This document shows, piece by piece, positions 26,313 through 35,001 of a stretch of DNA of 64,000 nt; the first letter of the stretch is position 1, and every line of letters starts with the position of its first letter. Origin of the DNA: Candidatus Omnitrophota bacterium (GTDB lineage Bacteria; Omnitrophota; Gorgyraeia; Aquiviventales; Aquiviventaceae); the NCBI GenBank assembly GCA_016192545.1, contig JACPTX010000054.1, positions 4,421-68,420 of the forward strand, read 5' to 3'. Below the pieces are notes generated by a model. The model was not told the origin of the DNA. It made no database searches and saw only the letters and a program-made list of their open reading frames with translations. The translations under genes were made by a program, and so were the position numbers.

Positions 26313-26324
26313 CACGGCGTGTGC

Positions 26325-26353
26325 TTGCCTCAACATCTTGTGCGTGTTAGAAT
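26325..26353 (+). promoter_or_regulatory. sigma70-like promoter of the tRNA cluster
   Basis: TTGCCT (26325-26330), 17-nt spacer, TAGAAT (26348-26353). Confidence 0.5.
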
Positions 26354-26377
26354 TAACGTTTTGGCAGGAGTTTGTAG

Positions 26378-26451
26378 GCGCCCGTAGCTCACTTGGATAG
26401 AGCGCTTGGCTTCGAACCAAGAGGCAGCAGGTTCGATTCCTGCCGGGCGCA
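26378..26451 (+). tRNA. tRNA-Arg (anticodon TCG)
   Basis: Acceptor GCGCCCG/CGGGCGC, anticodon stem CTTGG/CCAAG with loop CTTCGAA, T-arm GCAGG-TTCGATT-CCTGC. Confidence 0.9.
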
Positions 26452-26589
26452 CTTTTCTGAGTAGGCAGGAATCGAGGGGAGGCCCGACTTCGGTTGATCA
26501 GCGTCGGCGCGACGAATAGGAGCGCCGACATACCTTAGGAGGGCCGGGTGGCCGACCCGGAGCCCCGCCGATAGCGGGGCGGAGGGCGC

Positions 26590-26606
26590 CGATTCCTGCC
26601 GGGCGC
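26590..26606 (+). repeat. 17-nt direct repeat of the tRNA-Arg(TCG) 3' end
   Basis: CGATTCCTGCCGGGCGC occurs at 26434-26450 (inside the tRNA) and again at 26590-26606. An inverted copy, GGCAGGAATCG, lies at 26464-26474. Confidence 0.8.
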
Positions 26607-26627
26607 GTTCTTCTGCGGATGTGTCGC

Positions 26628-26700
26628 GGGCCGTTAGCTCAACTGGTAGAGCAGGGGACTCTTAATCCCAAGGTCGAAGGTTCGATCCCTTCACGGCCCA
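26628..26700 (+). tRNA. tRNA-Lys (anticodon CTT)
   Basis: Acceptor GGGCCGT/ACGGCCC, anticodon loop CTCTTAA, T-arm GAAGG-TTCGATC-CCTTC. Confidence 0.9.
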
Positions 26701-26717
26701 TCGTTTGATCCCAGCAA

Positions 26718-26798
26718 GGGCGGGTGGCGGAATGGCAGACGCGACGGCCTTAGGAGCCGTTGGGGAAACCCGTAGAGGTTCAAATCCTCTCTCGCCCA
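26718..26798 (+). tRNA. tRNA-Leu (anticodon TAG), class II with long variable arm
   Basis: Acceptor GGGCGGG/CTCGCCC, anticodon stem ACGGC/GCCGT with loop CTTAGGA, variable arm GGGGAAACCC, T-arm AGAGG-TTCAAAT-CCTCT. Confidence 0.85.
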
Positions 26799-26816
26799 CG
26801 ACGGTGTGTGATCGAC

Positions 26817-26888
26817 GCGGGAGTAGCTCAGGGGTAGAGCGTCACGTTGCCAACGTGAATGTCGCGGGTTCAAATCCCGTCTCCCGCT
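26817..26888 (+). tRNA. tRNA-Gly (anticodon GCC)
   Basis: Acceptor GCGGGAG/CTCCCGC, anticodon loop TTGCCAA, T-arm GCGGG-TTCAAAT-CCCGT. Confidence 0.9.
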
Positions 26889-26916
26889 CGTCTTGGCACT
26901 GAACAGAGGAGTGTGC

Positions 26917-27387
26917 ATGAAGATCATGGAGTTCGTCGAGGAAGCCGCGGTCAGTTGTGAGCTGAAAGCCGACACCAAAGACGGCGTCATCCGCGAGCTG
27001 GTCGGCCTGCTCGTGAACGCCGGCTCGATCAAGGAGAAAGACGTCTCTCGGCTGCTCCGCATTCTCATGGACCGGGAGGCGCTGGGCTCCACCGGCATCG
27101 GGCAGGGCGTGGCCATCCCGCACGGCAAATCGGACTGCGTGACGCAGCTCGTGGGCGCGGTCGGGATTGCGCGCACCGGGCTGAATTTCGATTCGCTGGA
27201 CGGCGAGTCCACGCACATCTTTTTCCTGCTGGTGGCTCCTGAGGATTCCGCCGGCCCGCACCTCAAGGCGCTGGCCAGGATTTCCCGCCTGCTCAAAGAG
27301 CGGCACTTCCGTGACAGCCTGCTGGCCGCGCGCGAGACGAAAACGCTCGTGAAAATCCTCCGGGACGAGGACCAGCGCGCCCGCTAA
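26917..27387 (+). CDS. ptsN: PTS EIIA-Ntr-type regulatory protein
   Basis: EIIA(Fru/Ntr) fold with the GVAIPHGK phosphorylation-site histidine. ATG 26917 follows AGAGGA. Confidence 0.8.
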   Translation: MKIMEFVEEAAVSCELKADTKDGVIRELVGLLVNAGSIKEKDVSRLLRILMDREALGSTGIGQGVAIPHGKSDCVTQLVGAVGIARTGLNFDSLDGESTHIFFLLVAPEDSAGPHLKALARISRLLKERHFRDSLLAARETKTLVKILRDEDQRAR

Positions 27388-27405
27388 GCGAGACCCCCGA
27401 TTCCC

Positions 27406-28731
27406 ATGCGGTTACTCAAGTGGCTCTATCCCGGCATGCAGGTCAAGCGCTGGCTCCTCCTAGCCGTCGCCGGCATCCTCCTCTTCGGGATGGGGGCGTC
27501 GCTCCTGGCGATCGACGAAGCCAGCTTTGCGGTCAGGGCGCTGAGTCTGGTGTTCCTCGGATCCGGCCTCTATGCGTTGGTGACGGGGTGGCGCGGATCG
27601 GTGCACTCGCTGCTGGACGTCATCCTGCCGGGTCATGGGCGCGATCTCGTCGAGCTGATCTACCAGCGGCGGCACCTGCAGAAGGGGCCGCGGATTGTCG
27701 CCATCGGCGGAGGCACCGGGCTCTCCACGCTCCTGCATGGTCTGAAACCGTACACGACGAACCTCACCGCGATCGTGACCATGGCCGATGACGGCGGCAG
27801 TTCCGGGCGGCTGCGCGAAGAATTCGGGATGGTGCCGCCCGGCGACATCCGCAACTGCCTCGTCGCGCTGGCGGATGCCGAGCCGCTCATGCAGCGGTTG
27901 TTCCAGTACCGCTTCACCGGCTCCTCGGCGCTGCAGGGCCATAACTTCGGCAACCTCTTCATCACCGCGATGACCCAGATCACGGGCGATTTCCAGCAGG
28001 CGATCCGCGCCTCCAGCAAGGTCCTCGCGATCCGCGGGCACGTCGTGCCCTCCACATGCGAGAAGGTGCGGCTGGCGGCCGAGCATGAGGACGGCAGCAT
28101 CACGGTCGGCGAGTCGCGCATCTCGCAGGCGCCGCAGCCGATCCGGCGGGTGTATCTGGAGCCGGCCAACCCTGCGCCGACCCAGGAAGCGCTCGAGGCC
28201 GTCCGCCACGCGGACGTCATTGTCCTGGGTCCCGGCTCGCTGTACACCAGCATCATCCCCAACCTCCTGGCGGACGGGATGGTGGAGGCGCTGCTGCAGT
28301 CGAAGGCGCTGAAGATTTATGTCTGCAACGTGATGACGCAGTTCCGCGAGACGGCGGGCTTCAAGGCGAGCGACCATGTCCGGGCGCTGGTGGCGCACGC
28401 GAGCCCCGGGATCATCCACGTCTGCATTGTGAATACCAAGCCCGTGCCGCCTGAGCTGCTGGAACGCTATCGGACCGAGCAGGCGTTCCCCGTCGAGCCC
28501 GATGCCGACACCATCCGCCGCTTGGGCTGTCAGGTGGTGACCGGAGAGGTCATCAGCACCGCGGACTATGTGCGCCACGATGCGGATCGGCTCGCCCGCC
28601 TGATCGTCCAGCTGGCGGTGGGGCGGCGGCCCTTGAGCGGGTCCTGGCCCAGCGGAGCGCCGGCGGGGTCGTCCCAGCCCGCGGCTGAGCCGCCCTCGCC
28701 TGCCGGCGTGTCCGCCGCAGCCGGCGTCTGA
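27406..28731 (+). CDS. YvcK/CofD-like (UPF0052, gluconeogenesis factor family) protein with N-terminal TM segments
   Basis: IVAIGGGTGLSTLL, TMADDGGSSGRLR and PGDIRNCLVAL motifs. Confidence 0.8.
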   Translation: MRLLKWLYPGMQVKRWLLLAVAGILLFGMGASLLAIDEASFAVRALSLVFLGSGLYALVTGWRGSVHSLLDVILPGHGRDLVELIYQRRHLQKGPRIVAIGGGTGLSTLLHGLKPYTTNLTAIVTMADDGGSSGRLREEFGMVPPGDIRNCLVALADAEPLMQRLFQYRFTGSSALQGHNFGNLFITAMTQITGDFQQAIRASSKVLAIRGHVVPSTCEKVRLAAEHEDGSITVGESRISQAPQPIRRVYLEPANPAPTQEALEAVRHADVIVLGPGSLYTSIIPNLLADGMVEALLQSKALKIYVCNVMTQFRETAGFKASDHVRALVAHASPGIIHVCIVNTKPVPPELLERYRTEQAFPVEPDADTIRRLGCQVVTGEVISTADYVRHDADRLARLIVQLAVGRRPLSGSWPSGAPAGSSQPAAEPPSPAGVSAAAGV

Positions 28732-30743
28732 TGGACCGGCCGGCCGTCTGGTTCCTGATGGCGATTCATTGCCACCAGCCGGTCGGCAACTTTGGGTTTG
28801 TGTTCGACGAGGCGTTCCGCCTCGCCTATGAGCCGTTTCTGACGACGCTGGAACGGCACCCGTCCGTCCGGTTGAGCTGGCATCTGAGCGGCGGCCTGCT
28901 GGAGTGGATGCGCGAGCGCCGCCCGGAATTTCTCGCGAGGCTCCGGCGCCTGGTGGAGCGCGGGCAGGTCGAGATGCTGGCCGCGGGGCACTACGAACCG
29001 ATCCTGCCGCTGATCCCGGAAGCGGATCGCCAGGGTCAGGTGGCCCTGATGCGCCAGGCCCTCCAGCAGATGTTCGGCGTGGAGCCCGTGGGCCTGTGGT
29101 GCACCGAACGCGTGTGGGAGCCGGAGCTGCCCCAGACGCTGGCGCGGGCCGGCATCCGGTACACGATTGTGGATGCCAACCAGTTCCAGGTCGCCGAGCG
29201 GTATCTGCCGGCCCACCTGCGCGTTCAGGAGGGCCCGCACTGGGACCTCATGGGCTGCTATACGATCGACTACGCCGGCTCGTCCGTCGCGCTGTTTCCG
29301 GCCTCCAAGCGCCTGCGGTACACCATGCCGTTCCAGGACGTGCCGAAGACGATGGAGATCTTGAAACGGCTGGAACCGCTGGCGCCGATCTCGCTCACGT
29401 ACGCGGACGACGGTGAAAAATTCGGGCTCTGGCCGAAGACGCATCAATGGGTGTACGAGGAAGGATGGTTGGAGCGGTTCTTCAGCGCGCTGGAGCGGGA
29501 AGCGGAGTGGTTGAGGACCGCCACCTGCCAGGAGTACCTGGCGCAGGTCGGCCCCCAGGGACGCGTGCAGCTGCCCTGCGGCAGCTATGAGGAAATGCTG
29601 GAGTGGTCCGGCGGCTCGTTCAGGAATTTCTTCGTGAAATACCCGGAAGCCAACGCCATGTACCACCGCATGCTGGACGTCAGCCGCCAGATTCAAGAGA
29701 TTCCGAACAAGGCAAAAGGCAAAAGGCAAAAGGCAAAACTGGTGGAAGAGGCCCGGCGGGAGCTCTACATGGGGCAGTGCAACGACGCCTACTGGCACGG
29801 CGTGTTCGGGGGGCTGTACCTGGCGCATCTGCGGCGGTCGGTCTACCAGCATCTGATCCGCGCCGAGGGGCTCACCCGGCAGGCCTCCGGTTCGCGGGCC
29901 GCGCGGGAACAGCGCGACCTCGATGGGGACGGTCGGCCGGAGGTGGCGCTGCGCAGCCGTTCACTGCGGGTGGTGGTCGATCCGGATGAGGGCGGCGCCG
30001 TGACCGAAGTGGATGGCTACGAGCGGGCGGTCAACCTGCTGGATACGCTCAGCCGCCGCCCCGAACCGTACCACGACAAGCTTCGGACCGCGCACCCCGC
30101 CGGGGTCCCGGGCGGGAGCCAGACGCCGGCCAGCATCCATGATCTCGTCGGGGTGAAAGAGGAAGGGCTCCGGGATCTGTTGGTCTACGACGATCATCGG
30201 CGCAGCAGTTTTCTCGATTACGCGTTCTCGGCGATGCCGGGCCTTCAGGAGATCATGCGCGGCACCTGGAGCGAGCATCGTCTGTGGTCAAGCGGGGCGT
30301 GGACCCTGGACGCTTCGCGGGCCGCCGCACGGCATCCGCTCACCGTTTCTTTGGTCCGGCGGCTTGAGGGCGGCGTGATGCGCAAAACGGTGAGCCTCTC
30401 GCCGAGCCGGCCGCAGGTGGTCTTCCGCTATGAGGCGGAGGGCCTGGCGATTCCCGTCGTGGGGTTGGAGTTCAATCTGGGCCTGCAGGGCGAGCCGTGG
30501 CGCCGGCCCGGCTGGCAAGAAGGGGCTCGCGGGCTTGAGGTGCGCGACGCCTCGTTGGGCGTCGGCGTGCGGATGAGCAGTGCGATGCCGGCGACGGTGG
30601 CGCATTTCCCGATCGAGACCGTGTCCGAGTCTGAAGAAGGGCTGGAGCGGACGCCGCAGGGGTTGGCGGTCGTGTGGTTATGGGCCACGGGCGGCGGACG
30701 GCGCGCCTCCTGCGAGCTGGTCTGGAACATCGAGACGTGGTGA
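28731..30743 (+). CDS. glycoside hydrolase family 57 protein (alpha-glucan processing)
   Basis: The N-terminus (HCHQPVGNF...YEPFL...) and the W.TERVWEP catalytic region are typical of GH57 with a DUF1925/1926-like C-terminus. The start overlaps the yvcK-like stop. Confidence 0.8.
   Translation: MDRPAVWFLMAIHCHQPVGNFGFVFDEAFRLAYEPFLTTLERHPSVRLSWHLSGGLLEWMRERRPEFLARLRRLVERGQVEMLAAGHYEPILPLIPEADRQGQVALMRQALQQMFGVEPVGLWCTERVWEPELPQTLARAGIRYTIVDANQFQVAERYLPAHLRVQEGPHWDLMGCYTIDYAGSSVALFPASKRLRYTMPFQDVPKTMEILKRLEPLAPISLTYADDGEKFGLWPKTHQWVYEEGWLERFFSALEREAEWLRTATCQEYLAQVGPQGRVQLPCGSYEEMLEWSGGSFRNFFVKYPEANAMYHRMLDVSRQIQEIPNKAKGKRQKAKLVEEARRELYMGQCNDAYWHGVFGGLYLAHLRRSVYQHLIRAEGLTRQASGSRAAREQRDLDGDGRPEVALRSRSLRVVVDPDEGGAVTEVDGYERAVNLLDTLSRRPEPYHDKLRTAHPAGVPGGSQTPASIHDLVGVKEEGLRDLLVYDDHRRSSFLDYAFSAMPGLQEIMRGTWSEHRLWSSGAWTLDASRAAARHPLTVSLVRRLEGGVMRKTVSLSPSRPQVVFRYEAEGLAIPVVGLEFNLGLQGEPWRRPGWQEGARGLEVRDASLGVGVRMSSAMPATVAHFPIETVSESEEGLERTPQGLAVVWLWATGGGRRASCELVWNIETW
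29711..29738 (+). repeat. (GGCAAAA)x4 heptanucleotide tandem repeat inside the GH57 coding sequence
   Basis: Four perfect 7-nt units, read directly. The unit length is not a multiple of 3. Confidence 0.9.
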
Positions 30744-31045
30744 TGCCGACCTTGCGGAGAACCGTGACGGTGGTGCACCGGCAAGGGCTCCATGCCCGTC
30801 CGGCCGCCCTCTTTGTGGATGTTGCGAAGCGGTTCAGCAGCCGCATCACCGTCAAGAAAGGCCGGAAGAGCGTGGATGGCAAGTCAATTATGGGCCTGCT
30901 CACGCTCGCTGCAAACCAGGGGGCCCGCATCGCCCTCGTCGCGGACGGCCCTGATGCCCACGAGGCGATCGAGCGGTTGAGCCGCGTGGTCACCGAATCG
31001 CTGGCGGACGCCGCCCGGCCTGCCGCGAGCCGGCACGTGCCATGA
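30743..31045 (+). CDS. ptsH: phosphocarrier protein HPr
   Basis: GLHARPA (His15 site) and GKSIMGLLTL (Ser46 region). ATG 30743 overlaps the GH57 stop. Confidence 0.9.
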   Translation: MPTLRRTVTVVHRQGLHARPAALFVDVAKRFSSRITVKKGRKSVDGKSIMGLLTLAANQGARIALVADGPDAHEAIERLSRVVTESLADAARPAASRHVP

Positions 31046-31169
31046 CCCTTCGACGCGCTTCGCTTGCTCAGGGTCATGGTGAGCGAGCAAAGCGAATCGA
31101 ACCATGACCCTTCGACGCGTTTCACTTGCTCAGGGTCATGGTGAGCGAGCAAAGCGAGTCGAACCATGA
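31042..31169 (+). repeat. family A palindromic intercistronic element, two tandem 62-bp units each bounded by ATGA
   Basis: Units 31042-31103 and 31104-31165 differ at 4 positions. ATGA occurs at 31042, 31104 and 31166. The first contains the ptsH stop and the last contains the ptsI start. Each unit plus the next ATGA is a 22-codon stop-free frame (MTLRRASLAQGHGERAKRIEP*). Confidence 0.9.
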
Positions 31170-32908
31170 TCACCCTGAAAGGCATTCCCGCCTCCCCGGG
31201 GGTGGCCATCGGCAAGGCGGTGCTCTTCGACAGCGAGGATCTGCTGATCCCGCGCCGGAGCATCACCGAGGACCAAATCCCGACCGAAATCCTTCGGTTC
31301 GAAGAAGCCCTGATCCAGACCCGGCATCAGATCCTGGCGGTTCAGCGCCGGCTGGCCGAGGATCTGAACCAGGAGCACGCGGAGATCTTCAACGCGCATC
31401 TCCTCGTGCTGGAAGACCAGAGCCTGCGGGAGGAGGTCCTCAACGGGCTGAAGGCCCAGCGGCTCAACGTCGAGGCGATCTTCAACGACGTGGTCCGCCG
31501 GCACCTCAAGGCGTTTGCCCGGACCGAAGACGAGTATCTGCGGGACCGCACCGCGGATATCGATGACGTCCGCAAGCGCATCCTGCGCAATCTGACCGGC
31601 CGGCATCCGGACTTCCTGACGCAGCTGAGCGAGCCGGGGGTCGTGGTCGCCCACTCCCTCTCGCCCTCCGAGACGGCCATGATGCACAAGCAGCACGTCC
31701 TGGCGTTTATCACGGACATCGGCGGCCGGACCGGCCACACGGCCATCATGGCCAAGTCGCTGGCGATTCCAGCGGTGGTCGGCCTCGAGGTGGCGACCAA
31801 ACGGGTCCGGAAAGATGCGCTGATCATCGTGGACGGGACGCACGGCGAGGTGGTCGTGGACCCGGACCCGGACACGCGGCACCGCTACGAGGTCGACCAG
31901 CGGCGCATGCAGGAGCTCAATCGCCAGCTCCTGCAGCTCAAGGACCTCCCCTCCCAAACATTGGACGGCCACCGCGTGATGCTCTCGGCGAATATCGAGC
32001 TGCCTGAGGAGATCCCCTCCGTCATCGCGCATGGCGCCGAGGGCATCGGCCTGTACCGGACCGAGTTCTTCTACCTGAACCGCGCGGATTTTCCCTCGGA
32101 GGAAGAGCAGTTCCAGGCGTACAAAGCCGCCGCCGAGCAGTTGAAGCCGCATCCGGTGATCATCCGGACCGTGGACCTCGGCGGGGATAAGTTTCTCTCG
32201 CCGCTGGACCTGCCCTCGGAGATGAACCCGTTCATGGGCTGGCGGGCCATCCGGTTCAGCCTGGCGCGCCCCGACATCTTCCGGATCCAGCTGCGGGCCA
32301 TCCTGCGCGCCAGCCCCGCCGGGAACCTCAAGCTCATGTACCCGATGATTTCGGGCATTGAGGAGCTTCGGCGGGCCAACGAGATTCTGCGCGAGGTGCA
32401 GGACGAGCTGCGGCGGGAGGGGATCCCGTTCGCCGAGGCCATGGACGTGGGGGCGATGATCGAGGTGCCCTCCGCCGCCCTCACGTGCGATCTCCTGGCG
32501 CAGGAGGTCAAGTTCTTTTCGATCGGGACCAACGACCTCATCCAGTATGCGCTGGCGGTCGACCGGGTGAACGAGCAAATCGCCTATCTCTACGAGCCGA
32601 CCCACCCCGGGGTGATCCGGCTGATCAAACAGGTCATCGACGGGGGGCATGCGGCCGGCTTGTGGGTGGGGATGTGCGGGGAGATGGCCGGGGAGCCGGC
32701 CTCGGCGCTCCTGTTGCTGGGCCTGGGGCTGGATGAGTTCTCCGCCTCGCCCGTGCAGGTCCCCCTCATCAAGAAACTGATCCGCTCCGTGGAGCATCGG
32801 GCGGCGCAGGCCGTCGCGCAAGAAGCGCTCACGCTGCGCAGTGGAAAGGAAATTGAAGAGTTTTTGACGGCGCATGTGCGCCGCCTGGTGCCTGAGGCGG
32901 CGGAATGA
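31166..32908 (+). CDS. ptsI: phosphoenolpyruvate-protein phosphotransferase (Enzyme I)
   Basis: 580 aa with GGRTGHTAIMAKSLAIPAV (active-site His) and a PEP-utilising C-terminal domain. Confidence 0.95.
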   Translation: MITLKGIPASPGVAIGKAVLFDSEDLLIPRRSITEDQIPTEILRFEEALIQTRHQILAVQRRLAEDLNQEHAEIFNAHLLVLEDQSLREEVLNGLKAQRLNVEAIFNDVVRRHLKAFARTEDEYLRDRTADIDDVRKRILRNLTGRHPDFLTQLSEPGVVVAHSLSPSETAMMHKQHVLAFITDIGGRTGHTAIMAKSLAIPAVVGLEVATKRVRKDALIIVDGTHGEVVVDPDPDTRHRYEVDQRRMQELNRQLLQLKDLPSQTLDGHRVMLSANIELPEEIPSVIAHGAEGIGLYRTEFFYLNRADFPSEEEQFQAYKAAAEQLKPHPVIIRTVDLGGDKFLSPLDLPSEMNPFMGWRAIRFSLARPDIFRIQLRAILRASPAGNLKLMYPMISGIEELRRANEILREVQDELRREGIPFAEAMDVGAMIEVPSAALTCDLLAQEVKFFSIGTNDLIQYALAVDRVNEQIAYLYEPTHPGVIRLIKQVIDGGHAAGLWVGMCGEMAGEPASALLLLGLGLDEFSASPVQVPLIKKLIRSVEHRAAQAVAQEALTLRSGKEIEEFLTAHVRRLVPEAAE

Positions 32909-32973
32909 CCCTTCGACGCGCTGATCGCTTGCTCAGGGTCATGGTGAGCGAGCGAGAGCGAGTCGAACCATGA
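32905..32973 (+). repeat. family A palindromic intercistronic element (65-bp unit) bounded by ATGA
   Basis: ATGA at 32905 (ptsI stop) and at 32970 (next gene's start). 32905-32973 is a 23-codon stop-free frame. Confidence 0.9.
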
Positions 32974-33779
32974 GCGACGCCCTCAGCGCGGTGCTGCTGG
33001 CGGCCGGCTATGGGACGCGGCTGTACCCGCTGACGAAGGACCGCCCCAAAGCGCTGCTGCCGCTGGGAGACACGGTGCTGCTGGATCCGGTCATGGACGC
33101 CCTCCGCGCGGTCCCCGGGCTGGCGTCGATGGTGCTCGTGAGCAACCACCGGTTTGCGGAGGGGTTCCGTCAGTGGCGGGCTCAACGGGGCCTGGCGCTC
33201 GAGGTGGTGGACGACGGGACCGACGCCCCGGAAACCCGCCTGGGAGCGATCCGGGATCTCCTGCTGGGGCTGGCCCGCGTGCCGGCGTCGCATGACGCGC
33301 TCGTGCTGGGAACCGACAATCTCTTTACGTGGTCGCTGGCGGAGTTTGTGCGCGTCGCCAGAACCAAACGCCCTGCCGCGACGGTGACGCTCCGGCAGTC
33401 CCCGTCACGCGACGAGGCCCGTCGGTGCGCGGTCGTGGACGTGGAGCCGGACGGCCGGGTGCGCCGCTATGTCGAGAAACCCGCGGAGCCGTTCTCCTCG
33501 ATCGTGGGGCTGTGTGTGTACTATCTGCCGTCGTCCGTGCGGCGTCGGGTGCAGGAATTCCTCGACCAGGGCGGCCAGGGGGATGCGCCGGGGTATTTCA
33601 TCGAATGGCTGGTGAGCCGGGAACCGGTGTATGGGTTCCTGACGGCAGGCGAGTGGTTTGACGTGGGGACGCAAGCCTCGTACCAGGCGGCGGTTCAGCG
33701 GTGGCCAGGCGCGGAGAGGGGTCAGACCCCGTCGGGTAACCCGTCGTTCTTGAGGGGTCTGACCCCTCGCGACTCATAA
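32970..33779 (+). CDS. sugar-phosphate nucleotidyltransferase (NTP_transferase family)
   Basis: The product begins with the motif [21 protein letters not shown]. The last ~20 codons ([21 protein letters not shown]) are encoded by a family B repeat. Confidence 0.75.
   Translation: MSDALSAVLLAAGYGTRLYPLTKDRPKALLPLGDTVLLDPVMDALRAVPGLASMVLVSNHRFAEGFRQWRAQRGLALEVVDDGTDAPETRLGAIRDLLLGLARVPASHDALVLGTDNLFTWSLAEFVRVARTKRPAATVTLRQSPSRDEARRCAVVDVEPDGRVRRYVEKPAEPFSSIVGLCVYYLPSSVRRRVQEFLDQGGQGDAPGYFIEWLVSREPVYGFLTAGEWFDVGTQASYQAAVQRWPGAERGQTPSGNPSFLRGLTPRDS
33718..33768 (+). repeat. family B palindromic repeat
   Basis: Cores at 33718-33730 and 33754-33766. AAGGAGG (33778-33784) overlaps the upstream TAA, and the metK ATG follows. 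Confidence 0.85.
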
Positions 33780-33793
33780 GGAGGTTGCAGGGC

Positions 33794-34945
<1,152 letters not shown>

Positions 34946-35001
34946 GTCCGGCGGTCGCCGAACCGTCTGCGATGCCGCGACGAAGGAGTGGGACCTCACC
35001 G

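Noticed and set aside
26452-26606. Integrated prophage or genomic island at tRNA-Arg.
   Set aside because: The direct repeats are real, but they enclose only 139 bp with no integrase or cargo. It is reported only as a possible scar or small RNA.
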